Positions 48,164 through 61,600 of a DNA stretch of 64,000 nucleotides are shown here, one piece after another. The stretch's first letter is position 1, and each line of letters opens with the position of its first letter. A model generated the notes under the pieces. It saw only the letters and a list, made by a program, of their open reading frames with translations. It did not search any database and had not been told where the DNA came from. The stretch lies in the NCBI GenBank assembly GCA_950097015.1, contig CATNEN010000037.1, positions 4,092,001 to 4,156,000 of the forward strand. Direction: 5' to 3'. Source of the DNA: Macrostomum hystrix (taxonomy: Eukaryota; Animalia; Platyhelminthes). Position numbers and translations under genes: made by a program.

Positions 48164-48788
48164 AGGAAACAGTCCATTTCGGCAACATACCATTTCGGCG
48201 ACAACCATTTCTGCGACAAGTCATTTCGGCGACAACCATTTCGGCGACAATACTTTTGAAGCCGTGGAACAAATTTATTTTATTTATATATTTTTTACAT
48301 TTATTTAAATCAAATAAAAGAAGCCACAAATTGGCAGAAGCGCGGAACAAATCGGCAACAAATGCACTGCTGCATCTAATGCATCTCGATTAGATCTATA
48401 AGTTCGATTAAAAGTAAAAGACCTTACTGTCCCACAGGGGCATTCATGTGGCTGCAAGCGAGTCAGCAAAATATTTGCCTGTCACAAAAATATTGGTGAC
48501 GCAAACGATGCTACTTATAAGTAAGACAGGTGAGGTTGACGCACATAGAGCGAGGACCAAACTGATCCAAACTTGCTATTTATATTACATGTTAAAACAA
48601 ATACTATAACAGGAATACATTAACAAGTAGAAGAATAAAATACATTACATACTCAATAAGCAAACACTATCAGATCCATTATTACTGCGGTTTCGATGTT
48701 TGTCGCCGAAGTGGTTGTCGCCGAAATGACTTGTCACCAAAATGGTTGTCGCCGAAATGACTTGTCACCAAAATGGACCGGATTCTCT
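48164..48788. mobile_element. MITE with subterminal CATTTCGGCGACAAC tandem motifs in inverted orientation, TTAA TSD, AG...CT termini (Kolobok-like)
   Basis: Inverted arms at 48164-48250 and 48700-48788; TTAA at 48160-48163 and 48789-48792. Confidence 0.6.
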
Positions 48789-50106
48789 TTAAAGTGGTGG
48801 GCCTAATACTATAGCCTAATAGGCTATCTTGCAGTTTTGCACATTATATATTTTCTCTTTAAATTGTAATCTAACAAACTTTCACAACATTTAATGTACT
48901 TTGAAAAAGCTATAAAAAAATTTTATGAGTAACAAGTAACAAGTTTTAATTTATTTTTAATGAGTTTTGTTAGTGTGACAGTTAGTTATACATGCTAGAC
49001 TACCTAGACTAGGTAACCTAGAATATGAGATTGCCAAAGGCCTTTGCATAGTAGATCCTATGCCAATAGTAACTCCTCTACTTTGGCTATCAAAGAGGGG
49101 CTTTGAGGTGCATAAAAACTTGGTCTAACTACATCAAACATTGTTACATTTAGTTAAAATACCATTTAAAGAAAAAATAATTGAGTGTGCAAAACTAAAA
49201 GATTGCTGCCTAATAGAGTAGAGTAATCATTAAAGGACTGAATACATTGTCTTTCATGGCCTATTATAAAGAGATTACCTGGAAATTTCTCTCAAATAGA
49301 TTTGCCAGTGTTCTATGTATGAGATATTTATGATGAGATTTTTGTTCTATGTATTGCTTAGCTAGTAACTCAAACTGTTATTTCTTCCATTACCTTCCTT
49401 GTTAAAGCAGTTTTCTTCAAACTTTGGTGAAAAAGATTTGTTTTTGTTATTATTAAGTAACAGGTTCCACTAGTAATTAACAATAGCCAGATTTTTTTTA
49501 TAAAACTATAACTTTAGTAGTAACTCACTTTGCAGCAATAAAATGCAAGGTGTAGCTGCATCAGTATCTGATACCCTTGGTAACATCAGGTAACCATTGT
49601 AAATAATGTATTTTTTGTGTTGTCTTTTTCATTGGTGTTGGTGTTTCATTTTCTGTGTTGTATTCTATTATATCTTTGGGACTCAGTCACATTTTATAAG
49701 TCCCATTTTTAGTCCCTAATATGCTTTATTGTATGGATTGTCTCTATTTATTATTAATAAACTTTACACAATTTGATATGTGTTGTTTACCTTAATCACG
49801 TTGGTGAGTTGGAATGAATGCTAAAATAAATGGCTATAAAGATGAATGATGATGACAATCGTCTTTTTTATATTTGCATGCATCTTTTTAATTGTTTGTT
49901 AAATGTACAGGTCTGAATGTTTCCCTTAGCACAGACCCATGCACTCTTGATTTTTTGTTATAACGTCACTGTAAATAGCTTATATTGTTCACCCAGAAAT
50001 TTTCGCACTGTCAGCGTACTGCTAGTAATGATCAGTTATAAATCTCTGTCCTGCCTCTTCATGCGTTTCCAGACCTTGGCTTCAGAAGGTTACCGCGCAG
50101 AACAAG

Positions 50107-53100
50107 ATGACAGATTCTAAGTATTTTACAACAACTAGAAAAGGTGAGAAAATGTATCTGCATATATTTAGCTTTTAGTCTGTCAGATAATTATCAAACT
50201 TGAAACAGCTACGCCACAAACCCACTGTCCACTTGCTACGCACAAGGCGAGATATTCGAGCTAAAAGCTGAACTCAACAGCGATCGCAAGGACAAGCGCA
50301 AGGAGGCTGTCAAGAAGGTGATCGCCAGCATGACAGTGGGTAAAGATGTCAGCACACTATTCCCTGATGTTGTCAACTGCATGCAGGCTGATAACCTCGA
50401 ACTCAAGAAGCTGGTCTATCTCTACTTGATGAACTACGCCAAGACCCAGCCGGACAAGGCCATCATGGCTGTTAACACGTTTGTGCGCGACTGCGAGGAT
50501 CCTAATCCGCTAATCCGCGCCCTGGCCGTTCGCACCATCGGCTGCATCCGGGTTGACGAGATCACCGCCTACCTGTGCGATCCGCTGCGCAAATGCCTCA
50601 AAGACGAGGATCCGTACGTGCGCAAGACTGCGGCCGTCTGCGTAGCCAAACTGCACGACATTGACCCGCTGCTGGTTGAAGAGCAGGGCTTCTTGGACAT
50701 GCTCAAAGACCTCCTGGCTGATAGCAATCCAATGGTGGTGGCCAACGCTGTCGCCGCGATGACAGAAATTGGCGAGGCAGCGCAGACAGAAGCCGCTGCC
50801 AGGATGCTCACCTGGAGCGGTCACCTGGTTAATAAGCTGCTCACCGCACTCAATGAGTGCACAGAGTGAGTGCGCTTGTGTTTATTTAACCGCATGTTAT
50901 GTAAGAAAGTGCCTATTTTAGTTAATTAGTGGTCTTATTTGACATTAATTCGGAACACACAGGTGGGGCCAGGTGTTCATCCTGGACGCTGTGGCCAACT
51001 ACACGCCATCTGAGGAGAACGAGGCGCAGAGGTTTGTCTTTAAATATTGATTGGGTCCTTTCAGTAGTCACAGTCTCATTAGGGATTGGTCTGTCAGTAG
51101 TCATAGTCTCATTAGGGATCGGTCTGTCAGTAGTCACAGTCTCATTAGGGATTGGTCTGTCAGTACTCATAGTCTCATTAGGGATTGGTCTGTCAGTAGT
51201 CACAGTCTCATTAGGGATTGGTCTGTCAGTAGTCATAGTCTCATTAGGGATCGGTCTGTCAGTAGTCACAGGCTCACCAGGGATTGGTCTGTCAGTAGTC
51301 ACAGTCTCATTAGGGATTGGTCTGTCAGTAGTCATAGTCTCATTAGGGATCGGTCTGTCAGTAGTCACAGGCTCACCAGGGATTGGTCTGTCAGTAGTCA
51401 CAGTCTCATTAGGGATTGGTCTGTCAGTAGTCATAGTCTCATTAGGGATTGGTCTGTCAGTAGTCACAGTCTCATTAGGGATTGGTCTGTCAGTAGTCAC
51501 AGTCTCATTAGGGATTGGTCTGTCAGTAGTCATAGTCTCATTAGGGATCGGTCTGTCAGTAGTCACAGGCTCACCAGGGATTGGTCTGTCAGTAGTCACA
51601 GTCTCATTAGGGATTGGTCTGTCAGTAGTCATAGTCTCATTAGGGATCGGTCTGTCAGTAGTCACAGGCTCACCAGGGATAGGTCTGTCAGTAGTCACAG
51701 GCTCATCAGGGATAGGTCTGTCAGTAGTCACAGGCTCACCAGGGATAGGTCTGTCAGTAGTCACAGGCTCATCAGGGACAGGTCTGTCAGTAGTCACAGG
51801 CTCATCAGAAATAGGTCTGTCAGTAGTCACAGGCTCATCAAGGATTGGTCTGTCAGTAGTCACAGGCTCATCAGGGATTGGTCTGTCAGTAGTCACAGGC
51901 TCATCAGGGATTGGTCTGTTAGTAGTCACAGGCTCATCAGGGATTGGTCTGTCAGTAGTCACAGGCTTATCAGGGATTGGTCTGTTAGTAGTCACAGGCT
52001 CATCAGGGATTGGTCTGTCAGTAGTCACAGGCTCATCAGGGATTGGTCTGTTAGTAGTCACAGGCTCATCAGGGATTGGTCTGTCAGTAGTCACAGGCTC
52101 ATCAGGGATTGGTCTGTCAGTAGTCACAGGCTTATCAGGGATTGGTCTGTGAGTAGTCACAGGCTCATAAGGGATTGGCCAGGTTGATCAGGCATTCACG
52201 GGTCACTGATTTCACTCGCCGTATTTCTGCAGCATGATTGAGCGCGTCTGTCCGCGCCTGGCCCACGCTAACGCGGCCGTAGTGCTCAGCGCAGTCAAGG
52301 TAATCATGAAGCTGCTGGAGCTGCTGACGCCCGGCAGTGATTTCGTTCAGAATACGGTCAAAAAGCTGTCGGCTCCGCTTGTGACGCTGCTGTCTAGCGA
52401 GCACGAGATTCAGTATGTTGCCCTGCGCAACATCAACCTCATTGTACAGAAACGGCCGGATATACTCAAGCACGAGCTCAAAGTGTTCTTCGTCAAGTAC
52501 AATGATCCTATCTACGTGAAACTGGAAAAGCTAGACATTCTCATTAGGCTGACATCGGCGGCCAACATTGCCAACGTGCTGGCCGAGCTCAAGGAGTACG
52601 CCACCGAGGTTGATGTGGACTTTGTGCGCAAAGCGGTGCGTTCATTTAATGTTATTGTGCTTTCTTAGCGCGTCGGACCTGACATGCGAGCCTATCCTCA
52701 GACCTCAGGTGCCAGCCTATCCTCAGACCTCAGGTGCCAGCCTATCCTCAGACCTCAGGTGCCATTCTATCCTCAGACCTCAGGTGCACACCTATCCTCA
52801 GTACTCAGGTGCCATTCTGTCCTCAGACCTCAGGTGCCAGCCTATCCTCAGACCTCAGGTGCCAGCCTATCCTCAGACCTCAGGTGCCAGCCTATCCTCA
52901 GTACCTCAGGTGCCAGCCTATCCTCAGTACTCAGGTGCCAGCCTATCCTCAGTACTCAGGTGCCAGCCTATCCTCAGTACTCAGGTGCCATCCTATCCTC
53001 AGTACTCAGGTGCCATCCTATCCTCAGTACTCAGGTGCCATCCTATCCTCAGTACTCAGGTGCCATCCTATCCTCAGTACTCAGGTGCCAGCCTATCCTC

Positions 53101-56100
53101 AGACCTCAGGTGCTAGCCTATCCTCAGACCTCAGGTGCCAGCCTATCCTCAGACCTCAGGTGCCAGCCTATCCTCAGACCTCAGGTGCCAGCCTATCCTC
53201 AGACCTCAGGTGCCAGCCTATCCTCAGACCTCAGGTGCCAGCCTATCCTCAGACCTCAGGTGCCAGCCTATCCTCAGACCTCAGGTACCAGCCTATCCTC
53301 AGACCTCAGGTGCCAGCCTATCCTCAGTACTCATGTGCCAGCCTATCCTCAGACCTCAGGTGCCAGCCTATCCTCAGTACTCAGGTGCCATCCTATCCTC
53401 AGACCTCAGGTGCCAGCCTATCCTCAGACCTCAGGTGCCAGCCTATCCTCAGACCTCAGGTGCCATCCTATCCTCAGACCTCAGGTACCAGCCTATCCTC
53501 AGACCTCAGGTACCAGCCTATCCTCAGACCTCTGTGCCCACCTATCCCCAGACCTAAGCCTGGCCCTCCAACACCTCTTGTGCAGGTTCGCGCCATTGGC
53601 CGCTGCGCCATTAAGGTGGAATCAGCCGCCGAGCGTTGCGTGAGCACCCTTCTTGACCTTATCCAGACGAAGGTGAACTACGTTGTACAGGAGGCTATTG
53701 TGGTGATCAAAGACATCTTCCGCAAGTATCCGAACAAGTACGAATCAGTAATTGGCACATTGTGCGAAAATCTGGACACCCTAGACGAGCCGGAAGCCCG
53801 CGCCTCCATGATCTGGATCATCGGCGAGTACGCTGAAGCGCATCGACAATGCCGATGAGCTTCTTGAGTCTTTCCTTGACGGCTTCGCCGACGAGCAGAC
53901 CTCGGTGCAGCTGCAGCTGCTCACAGCCGTTGTGAAACTGTTCCTGAAGCGGCCCACCGACACCCAGGAGCTAGTGCAGCGGGTGCTGAGCCTGGCCACC
54001 CAGGAGGCTGACAATCCGGATCTGCGTGATCGCGGCTATATCTATTGGCGCCTGTTGTCAACTGATCCGGCCGCAGCCAAGCAGGTTGTGCTAGCCGAGA
54101 AGCCCCTAATTAGCGAGGAGACGGACCTGTTGGAGCCAAGCCTCCTCAGCGAACTGGTCTGCCACATCGGCAGCCTGGCCTCCGTCTATCACAGGCCGCC
54201 GTCCTCCTTTGTCGATGGCCGACTAGCTGCCCAACGCAAGGGCCTGCCCAGCCTGACGCCCAATCAGGCCAAACCGGCGTACTGACTCCAGCGTCGCCGG
54301 CGCTTCTGCACCCGATGTCACTGCCACCGCCGCGCCGCCATCTAAGCCAGCCGTTAGCGTTATCCCGAATCAGAATTCGCTAATTGGCGATCTGTTGGAC
54401 ATTGATATGTCTGGCGGCATTGGTGGGGGCCAGTTCCAGCAGCCGGCTACCCCAGCTCCGACTCAGTCGCAAGCCGTGGATCTCCTGGGTGACGGCCTGG
54501 ACTCGCTGGTTTGTGCCACCTTAAATTTGCAATTTGATTTCGCTGCGAAAAGAATAGCTTTGTAACAAATTTTTTGCAGCGCAGTAAAGAGGCTATGAGG
54601 GTGAGTGGCAGAGCTGTCTAACGCGTTTGCCTCTCGCACCAAGGTCCCTGAGCTCGATTCCGCGGCGAGGCCACATTCATTTGGGGCGCAGCCGCGGAGA
54701 GAAGGCTTGGGGGCTTGTCGTGAAATTTCGCCCTTAAGGGCCAACCTTGAAGGTTGTACACAGTGATACTGTACACTGCCTGACGATGAGAAGGGTCAGT
54801 GCAGATCTACACACTTGTGTGAGCGTATGCCTGCATACGGTATCTGTGTGCGTGTGTGCTCAGGAGTCCGCAGAATGGGCAGAATTGCCTCCTCGCTGTT
54901 ACAAGCTGTTCTTAACGAGGCCACATACGAGTAACGAAGTATCAGGTAACGAGGCGGAACTGATTCCTTGCTGGCTGCCGGTCCACTATTACGAAAGGAT
55001 GTGCCGGGGTGCACAGCACTCTAGCAAAATAATTTTATTTAATCTTTGAAATCTTGTTGCAAAACGAGCGGCATAAGATCACAAAGAGCTCTCATCCTTA
55101 AAAATCCTAACAATCCAGCTGGGACTGGGTGCTCCCATGCCCCAGCAGCAGCAGCAGCAGCAGCAACCGTCTTCCAACGTCGACGCTTTGGCGGATATTT
55201 TCGGCGGCCTCTCGGCCGGACCGTCAAGCCAGACCGCCAGCTACACGCCACCGTTTGAGTGCTGGCTGCCGGCCCAGCGCGGCAAGGGCATGCAGCTGGA
55301 CGGCCGGTTCCTGCGCCGGGGTGCCCAGCTGCACATGGAGCTCCAGTTGCGCAATTCAGCCATGCAGCAGTTGAGCGGATTCGCCATCCAGTTCAATAAG
55401 AATAGCTTCGGCCTGGCGCCTGCTCAGCCCCTGAATCTCAACCCGCTGGCGCCCATGCAGACCGCCACCACCCAGCTGCCGCTGCACACCAAGGGCCAGG
55501 TGCAGAAGATGGACCCGCTGCTTAATTTACAGGTACGACTAATACCTCCATCCATCATTTATAGCAAGTCTCCATCCTATCCTATGTGTTATTTCCCATT
55601 CCTCACCATCTAATCCCTATCCCATTCCTCTCCATCTGATCCCTATCCCATTCCTCACCATCTGATCCCTATCCCATTCCTCTCCATCTGATCTCTATCC
55701 TATTCCTCTCCATCTGATCCCTATACCATTCCTCTCCATCTGATCCTTATCCCATTCCTCACCATCTGATCCCTATCCCATTCCTCACCATCTGATCCCT
55801 ATCCCATTCCTCACCATCTGATCCCTATCCCATTCCTCTCCATCTGATCCCTATCCCATTCCTCTCCATCTGATCCCTATCCCATTCCTCACCATCTGAT
55901 CCCTATTCCATTCCTCTCCATCTGATCCCTATCCCATTCCTCTCCATCTGATCCCTATCCCATTCCTCTCCATCTGATCCCATATCCTATTCCTCACTAT
56001 CTGATCCCTATCCCATTCCTCATCATCTGATCCCTATCCCATGCCTCACCATCTGATCCCTATCCCATTCCTCTCCATCTGATCCCTATCCCATTCCTCT

Positions 56101-56649
56101 CCATCTGATCCCTATTCCATTCCTCTCCATCTGATCCCATATCCTATTCCTCACTATCTGATCCCTATCCCATTCCTCATCATCTGATCCCTATCCCATG
56201 CCTCACCATCTGATCCCTATCCCATTCCTCTCCTTATCTTCCAGGTTGCAGTGAAGAACAACATTGATGTATTCTACTTCGCCTGCCTGGTACCAATCCA
56301 TGTGCTGTTCTCTGAGGAGGGCGACATGGACAAGCGAGTGTTCCTATCCACCTGGAAGGACATCCCGGCCGAGAATGAGGCCCAGACTAACCTGGGCAAT
56401 TTCGCGCACTCGCCCGACTCCGTGACAAACCTGTTGCGCTCGTGCAACGTGTTCACTATCGCCAGGCGCAGCGTTGACGGCATTGAGATGCTCTACCAGT
56501 CTATGAAGCTGTGCAACGGCATCCTAGTCCTGGCCGAGCTCAAAATCAGCCCCTCCAGCGGTGGTAACTATACTCTGAGCTTGAAGTCACGTCACGCCGA
56601 GGTCTATCCGGGTGTGCAGGAGTCCTACCTGAAGATTCTAAAGAGTTAA
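50107..56649 (+). CDS. AP1B1/AP2B1: AP-1/AP-2 adaptor complex beta subunit; exons 50107-50143, 50247-50865, 50963-51031, 52233-52635, 53586-54508, 55119-55532, 56245-56649 (two apparent +1 frameshifts in exon 5)
   Basis: [93 protein letters not shown]; all junctions GT-AG. Confidence 0.96.
51060..52170. repeat. 33-bp intronic minisatellite, beta-adaptin intron 3
   Basis: TCAGTAGTCACAGTCTCATTAGGGATTGGTCTG repeats with two sub-variants; source of the 400-aa spurious ORFs. Confidence 0.96.
52690..53535. repeat. 25-bp intronic minisatellite (CCTATCCTCAGACCTCAGGTGCCAG), beta-adaptin intron 4
   Basis: Tandem copies visible. Confidence 0.95.
54590..54890 (+). mobile_element. tRNA-derived SINE-like element, beta-adaptin intron 5
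   Basis: A-box-like TGGCAGAGCTG and B-box-like GCTCGATTC at tRNA-like spacing; second copy at 40270-40515. Confidence 0.7.
55610..56232. repeat. 26-bp intronic minisatellite (CCATCTGATCCCTATCCCATTCCTCT), beta-adaptin intron 6
   Basis: Tandem copies visible. Confidence 0.95.
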
Positions 56650-58618
56650 AGGATGCAAGACAATGTAACGGCTACGAATGAAACAAACAGAAAGTGAACA
56701 TAGAAAATAGTTTTAACTATGTCTTGAAAAATTACACAAATGCCTGCTTTGATCATAGCATAACTATTTATTCAATGTGTACTACTGATTTACGCATAAG
56801 TAGTATAAGTGAGGCAAACCACTATATTTTATGGCAATAAAATATTCTCTTTTATGCTACTTACAGATTTATGTCAGCAGTAGCAGATTGAAGCAAGGTG
56901 TCTTTATCCGAGAACAATTTTGGCTGATAATAGAGATCTTGTCTGATTCATTTATTCGCCCATATCATTATCTCGCCTACATTTTCATCGTTAACAACAT
57001 AGCAACCGGGTTGGTTTACATCGGATACGCAGTTTACAATGATGAAATCTTCGTCCGAAAATTGTTTTGTCGTGCGTTTTTATAGTTGATTTTGCTTTAA
57101 CTTCTCTGAGCACCACTCAATTGTAACTACTCGTACTCCAAGCCACTCATATAATTTAGGCCTATTATTTATTGCGAGATTAACTTTACCAGCATTCCTT
57201 TAAACTACGTATAAACCCGCTAGACCTATTCGATTTCATTCAATAACAGGCTACTATGTTATTTTAGGTAGATTAAATTCGCCAATAAAATCTGTTGGGC
57301 CTTAAAGTACTTCGATGGCCTTATGATACTGGTAATGTGCAGTATTGCATATCTAATTTTATTCTGAGCCACGTGTTCACCTATTAATGTGCCTGCACTT
57401 TATATTTACAAATTTCTTGGATAATGATAGTAATGCATTGTTCTAAACCTTACGTTTGTTATCGTATACCAACGGAACTATGTGCTGTAATAGCAATAAC
57501 CTTTACTGTACATGAACTTTGCGTTAAGTGTTTAAAACAATAAATATCGACTATAAAAATGGCCGTGAAATTAGATTTTTTATTTGATTAGTGCACGATT
57601 GGTGTTTTTTGTTTGCATGAAAAATATTTCGCTTAGAGCAGTTGATAGAGTTGATTAAATTTTGTTCGACTTTGCACTGTGGGAACTGTCTTTTAAATCA
57701 GCCCCTATCATCCCTTTCCCGCTAAAAAATAGGGATGTTTCTTTGGGTGATTCCAGTTGGAATCTGCGGTGTTTCCAGAAAAAGAAACAGCCGAACGCTG
57801 GAGATATACCAATCGGATGATTCCATGCTTAGAATCTACCCAACTGGGCGTTTTCTCGGTGCTTCTTGGTGGCGAAATGGAATCACCCAAAGAATCCTCC
57901 AGTTCGGAAGATTCCATGCTCAGAAACCGCCGAGGAATCGCCCGTAAATTATTCTCTGGTTGTCCCATGGGCCACTGGTTCGGCTGATTCTTCGGCGAAT
58001 TTTTTACTGGGTTTTTCAAGACAGATAGAATTTTTACGACACTAGCAAACTTTGTTACCATACTACTATTTAAAGCCTCAGACAATGTATAATATTTTTA
58101 ATTCTCGAATAACGCAATACCCAGTCTAATTGGGACAAGACAGCACAGCCGCAGCTATTGCGCGGCGTATCTGAAACTTGTGTTTGTGGTCCATGAACTT
58201 GGGTTTAACGACTGGCTACCATAGAGTAAAGATCAATTTGCCAACAGCCCCAAGCCTCATTAAATAATCAGAACAACAACATAGATGTAATACTGATGTA
58301 CTGATTATGGTGCATTTCAGTGAGCAACAAGTAGCAATTTAACTAATTTATAAAAGAGCTCAATGTAATAAGAACAATAATCATTGTGCTGACATTGCAA
58401 TTTAGAATTAAGCAAACAGGTAAACTGAAGCGGGGGTGTGCGTAGTGTGCGAGTCAGTATACAGAGCATTTTGCCACGCGCAGCAGGTATAATAGAGACA
58501 TGCTTAGTTTAACTGGCGTTGAAGAAACTACATTTATTCGTAGGAGAAATCGGTCAAATCATCGCACACTTTTGTTTGTAGGCTTCGCAATACAAAAAAA
58601 GATAATTATACAACAGTT

Positions 58619-61600
58619 TTAAACAGTTCGTGAACAAAAGTATAAATAAAACATAAATAATAGACCGCTAATGGCACAAAACTCACGGCTGTAACTATAT
58701 TCAATACAGAGTAAGATCAAATGCACAACGCCAAGTCGCTGATAATCAGGTGACGCAATATCGTAGCTGTCCACAGATATGTAGGTGTCCACCTGTCTGT
58801 CCAGAAATCTGCAATGCCAGATCATAACGATAATATAAACGATTCATTTATTGATAAGTAATTCTTTTAACCGAATATACAGTCGCACAGAAAATTATTT
58901 ATGTCACTGCAGTCTCACAGATCATTACTGTTGTCACTGCAGTCTCACAGATCATTACTGTTGTCACTGCAGTCTCACAGATCATTACTGTTGTCACTGC
59001 AGTCTCACAGATCATTACTGTTGTAATTGCTGTCTCACAGTTCATTACTGTTGTAATTGGAGTCTCACAGATTATTACTGTTGTAATTGCAGTCTCACAG
59101 TTCATTACTGTTGTAATTGCAGTCTCACAGATCATTACTGTTGTAATTGGAGTCTCACAGATCATTACTGTTGTAATTGCAGTCTCACAGATCATTACTG
59201 TTGTAATTGCAGTCTCACAGATTCATTACTGTTGTAATTGCAGTCTCACAGTTCATTACTGTTGTAATTGCAGTCTCACAGATCATTACTGTTGTAATTG
59301 GAGTCTCACAGATCATTACTGTTGTAATTGCAGTCTCACAGATCATTACTGTTGTAATTGCAGTCTCACAGATCATTACTGTTGTAATTGCAGTCTCACA
59401 GTTCATTACTGTTGTAATTGCAGTCTCACAGTTCATTACTGTTGTAATTGGAGTCTCACAGATCATTACTGTTGTAATTGGAGTCTCACAGATCATTACT
59501 GATGTCACTGCAGTCTCACAGATCACTACTGTTGTCACTGCAGTCTCACAGATCATTACTGTTGTCACTTCAGTCTCACAGTTCATTACTGATTGTCACT
59601 GCAGTCTCACAGTTCATTACTGATGTCACTGCAGTAACAGCAAGCAAACTCACGCCAGAAATCGTCGGCAGTCGTCCAGCAGGTGGGCGGCCGGCTCGGC
59701 GGGCAGTTCAGCCAGCGGCAGCAGGTCCGGCAGGCAGGCCATCAGGCGAAGCAGATGAGCTGCTCCGTACACATCGGCAGGCAGGGCGGATTTCTGGGAC
59801 CGCATGAGGGCCGCATACTGGGGCCGTTCGAATTTGTACAGCAGCCGGCAGCCAAGGCAGGAGTTAAAGAGGCCGATGAGGCCGGCGGCGAATTCCCGTC
59901 GAGCCGACCCGGCAGCTGCGTGATCAGCGCCGGAGTCGTCGTTGGCTGAAGCGCCGGATTCGGCGTAGTCACGCGCAATGGCGCAGACGGTGAATGGAGG
60001 ACTGGCTGGTAAGCGGAGCAGCTTGCACTGGTTAATTACCAGGTCCTGGAGTGGAATCGGCATCGTAGACCTATTAGAGTTAGCTAAGATATTGAATTGT
60101 CTTCTTGTCATGTGAATGCGAAGCCTACCTGATCATCGGCCAGCCAGTCTCGCAGTCGGTCTGACAGGGGCAGGCTGACGCGCAGTTTTGGCATCGGCGC
60201 AGGCCGCCTGCGCTTCTGGCGCTCCTCGACAGGGGCGATGGGTGGCACCACTGCTGGAACTGCGCCCGGCTGCAGTGTCGGTGGCGGCGGCGTGGCCGGC
60301 GGTCGAGCCTGAGAAGACTGGCTTTGAGCAGCCTGCTGCTGCTGGGGTGAAGCCATCGCCAGGGCAAGTTCGGGCATGTTTTCCAGCACTGACGAAGTCG
60401 AAGCAATCGACACCGGCTCCAGCTCGGCCACCGCCGTCATTGTCGCCGTCGCTGTACCAACAACTGGCTCAGCCGCCTCGGACGCAGCGGAGGCCGATGT
60501 AGACGAAGCTGACACGGACGCCGAGCAAGCAGCAGCGGAGGCGGCGGCGGACAACTGGCTGGGCGCACTGGCAGGCATCAGGAGCCGCTCCTCCAGGTGG
60601 CGCAGCGACTCGGGCAGCGGATAGGCCTGGCGCTGCAGCTCAGCCTTTCGAAGCTTCTTGCCGCCCGGCTTGGCGAACACCTCTTTGAGCTCCTTTTGTT
60701 TCTGCAGGCCGACAGCGTTGAACTTCATCATGCGAGCCTCCGTCACCCACTCGTCCCAGCTGCAGAGTTGAGTGTTGTTGTTGACTATTTTAAATATACA
60801 ATCCTGATTTTGGTGGCATTTAAGACATCATTGAGAATTTGCTTACTTCTTATTCCAGCCTTGATAATGCACAAAGTATTTCATCTGACCATCCTTGATG
60901 TCAACTTGTAGACACTGGAACAATATCGATTGCGTTGACCTTTTATTTATATTCCAAACAGAAATCTACAATATCAATTCCATCACAGCTCAACAACAAA
61001 TAATGTTTAATAGATTCATACCTTGGCTTCATATAGCAGTGGTCCATGAAAGCACAAGATCTTTTCACCTAAAAGTGAAAATAAATGGCAGAAAAAAATA
61101 CATTGTTAAAAAATTTGATTGGGACAATAATTATCACTCAGTTATTGGTACATACAAAATATAACAATTTTAGTTCATCAAATCACTAAAATTCTACATT
61201 TTAAGATGTCATTGTAAGATAGACTAATAACCCTACTGTACATACATGCAGCAACATCCGGCCGAACCCGGCCGAACCAGCCGGGTGAAAAGAGGGCCAA
61301 GCAAGGTAAGTCGCAAAAACCAATCGACCAAGGGACAAAAAAGGAAGGCGTGAAGAAAAGGAAAAAGGGGAGAGAAAAAGAGAGCAAATGAGAGCAAACT
61401 AAGTTGTAAATAGAGCAATGAAACGAACTAAGTTGCAAATGAGAGCAAACTAAGTCGTAAATAGAGCAAAAACTAAGTCGCATGGCCAGCTAAGATTTGG
61501 GAGGTTGCGCATGTATGCTACTGTAGCAATAAAATATTCAAACCACAATGAATTGTGATAATCTATGCATAGCCATAGATTTAAAGCAGGCACTAAGTGA

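Noticed and set aside
50922-53858. Mucin-like or repeat-protein ORFs of 300-412 aa ([24 protein letters not shown])
   Set aside because: They lie in beta-adaptin introns; unit lengths (33, 25 bp) keep frames open on both strands by chance.
54780-54805. CTGACGA motif in the SINE body resembling a hammerhead ribozyme core
   Set aside because: No GAAA after the putative stem II and no stems I/III.
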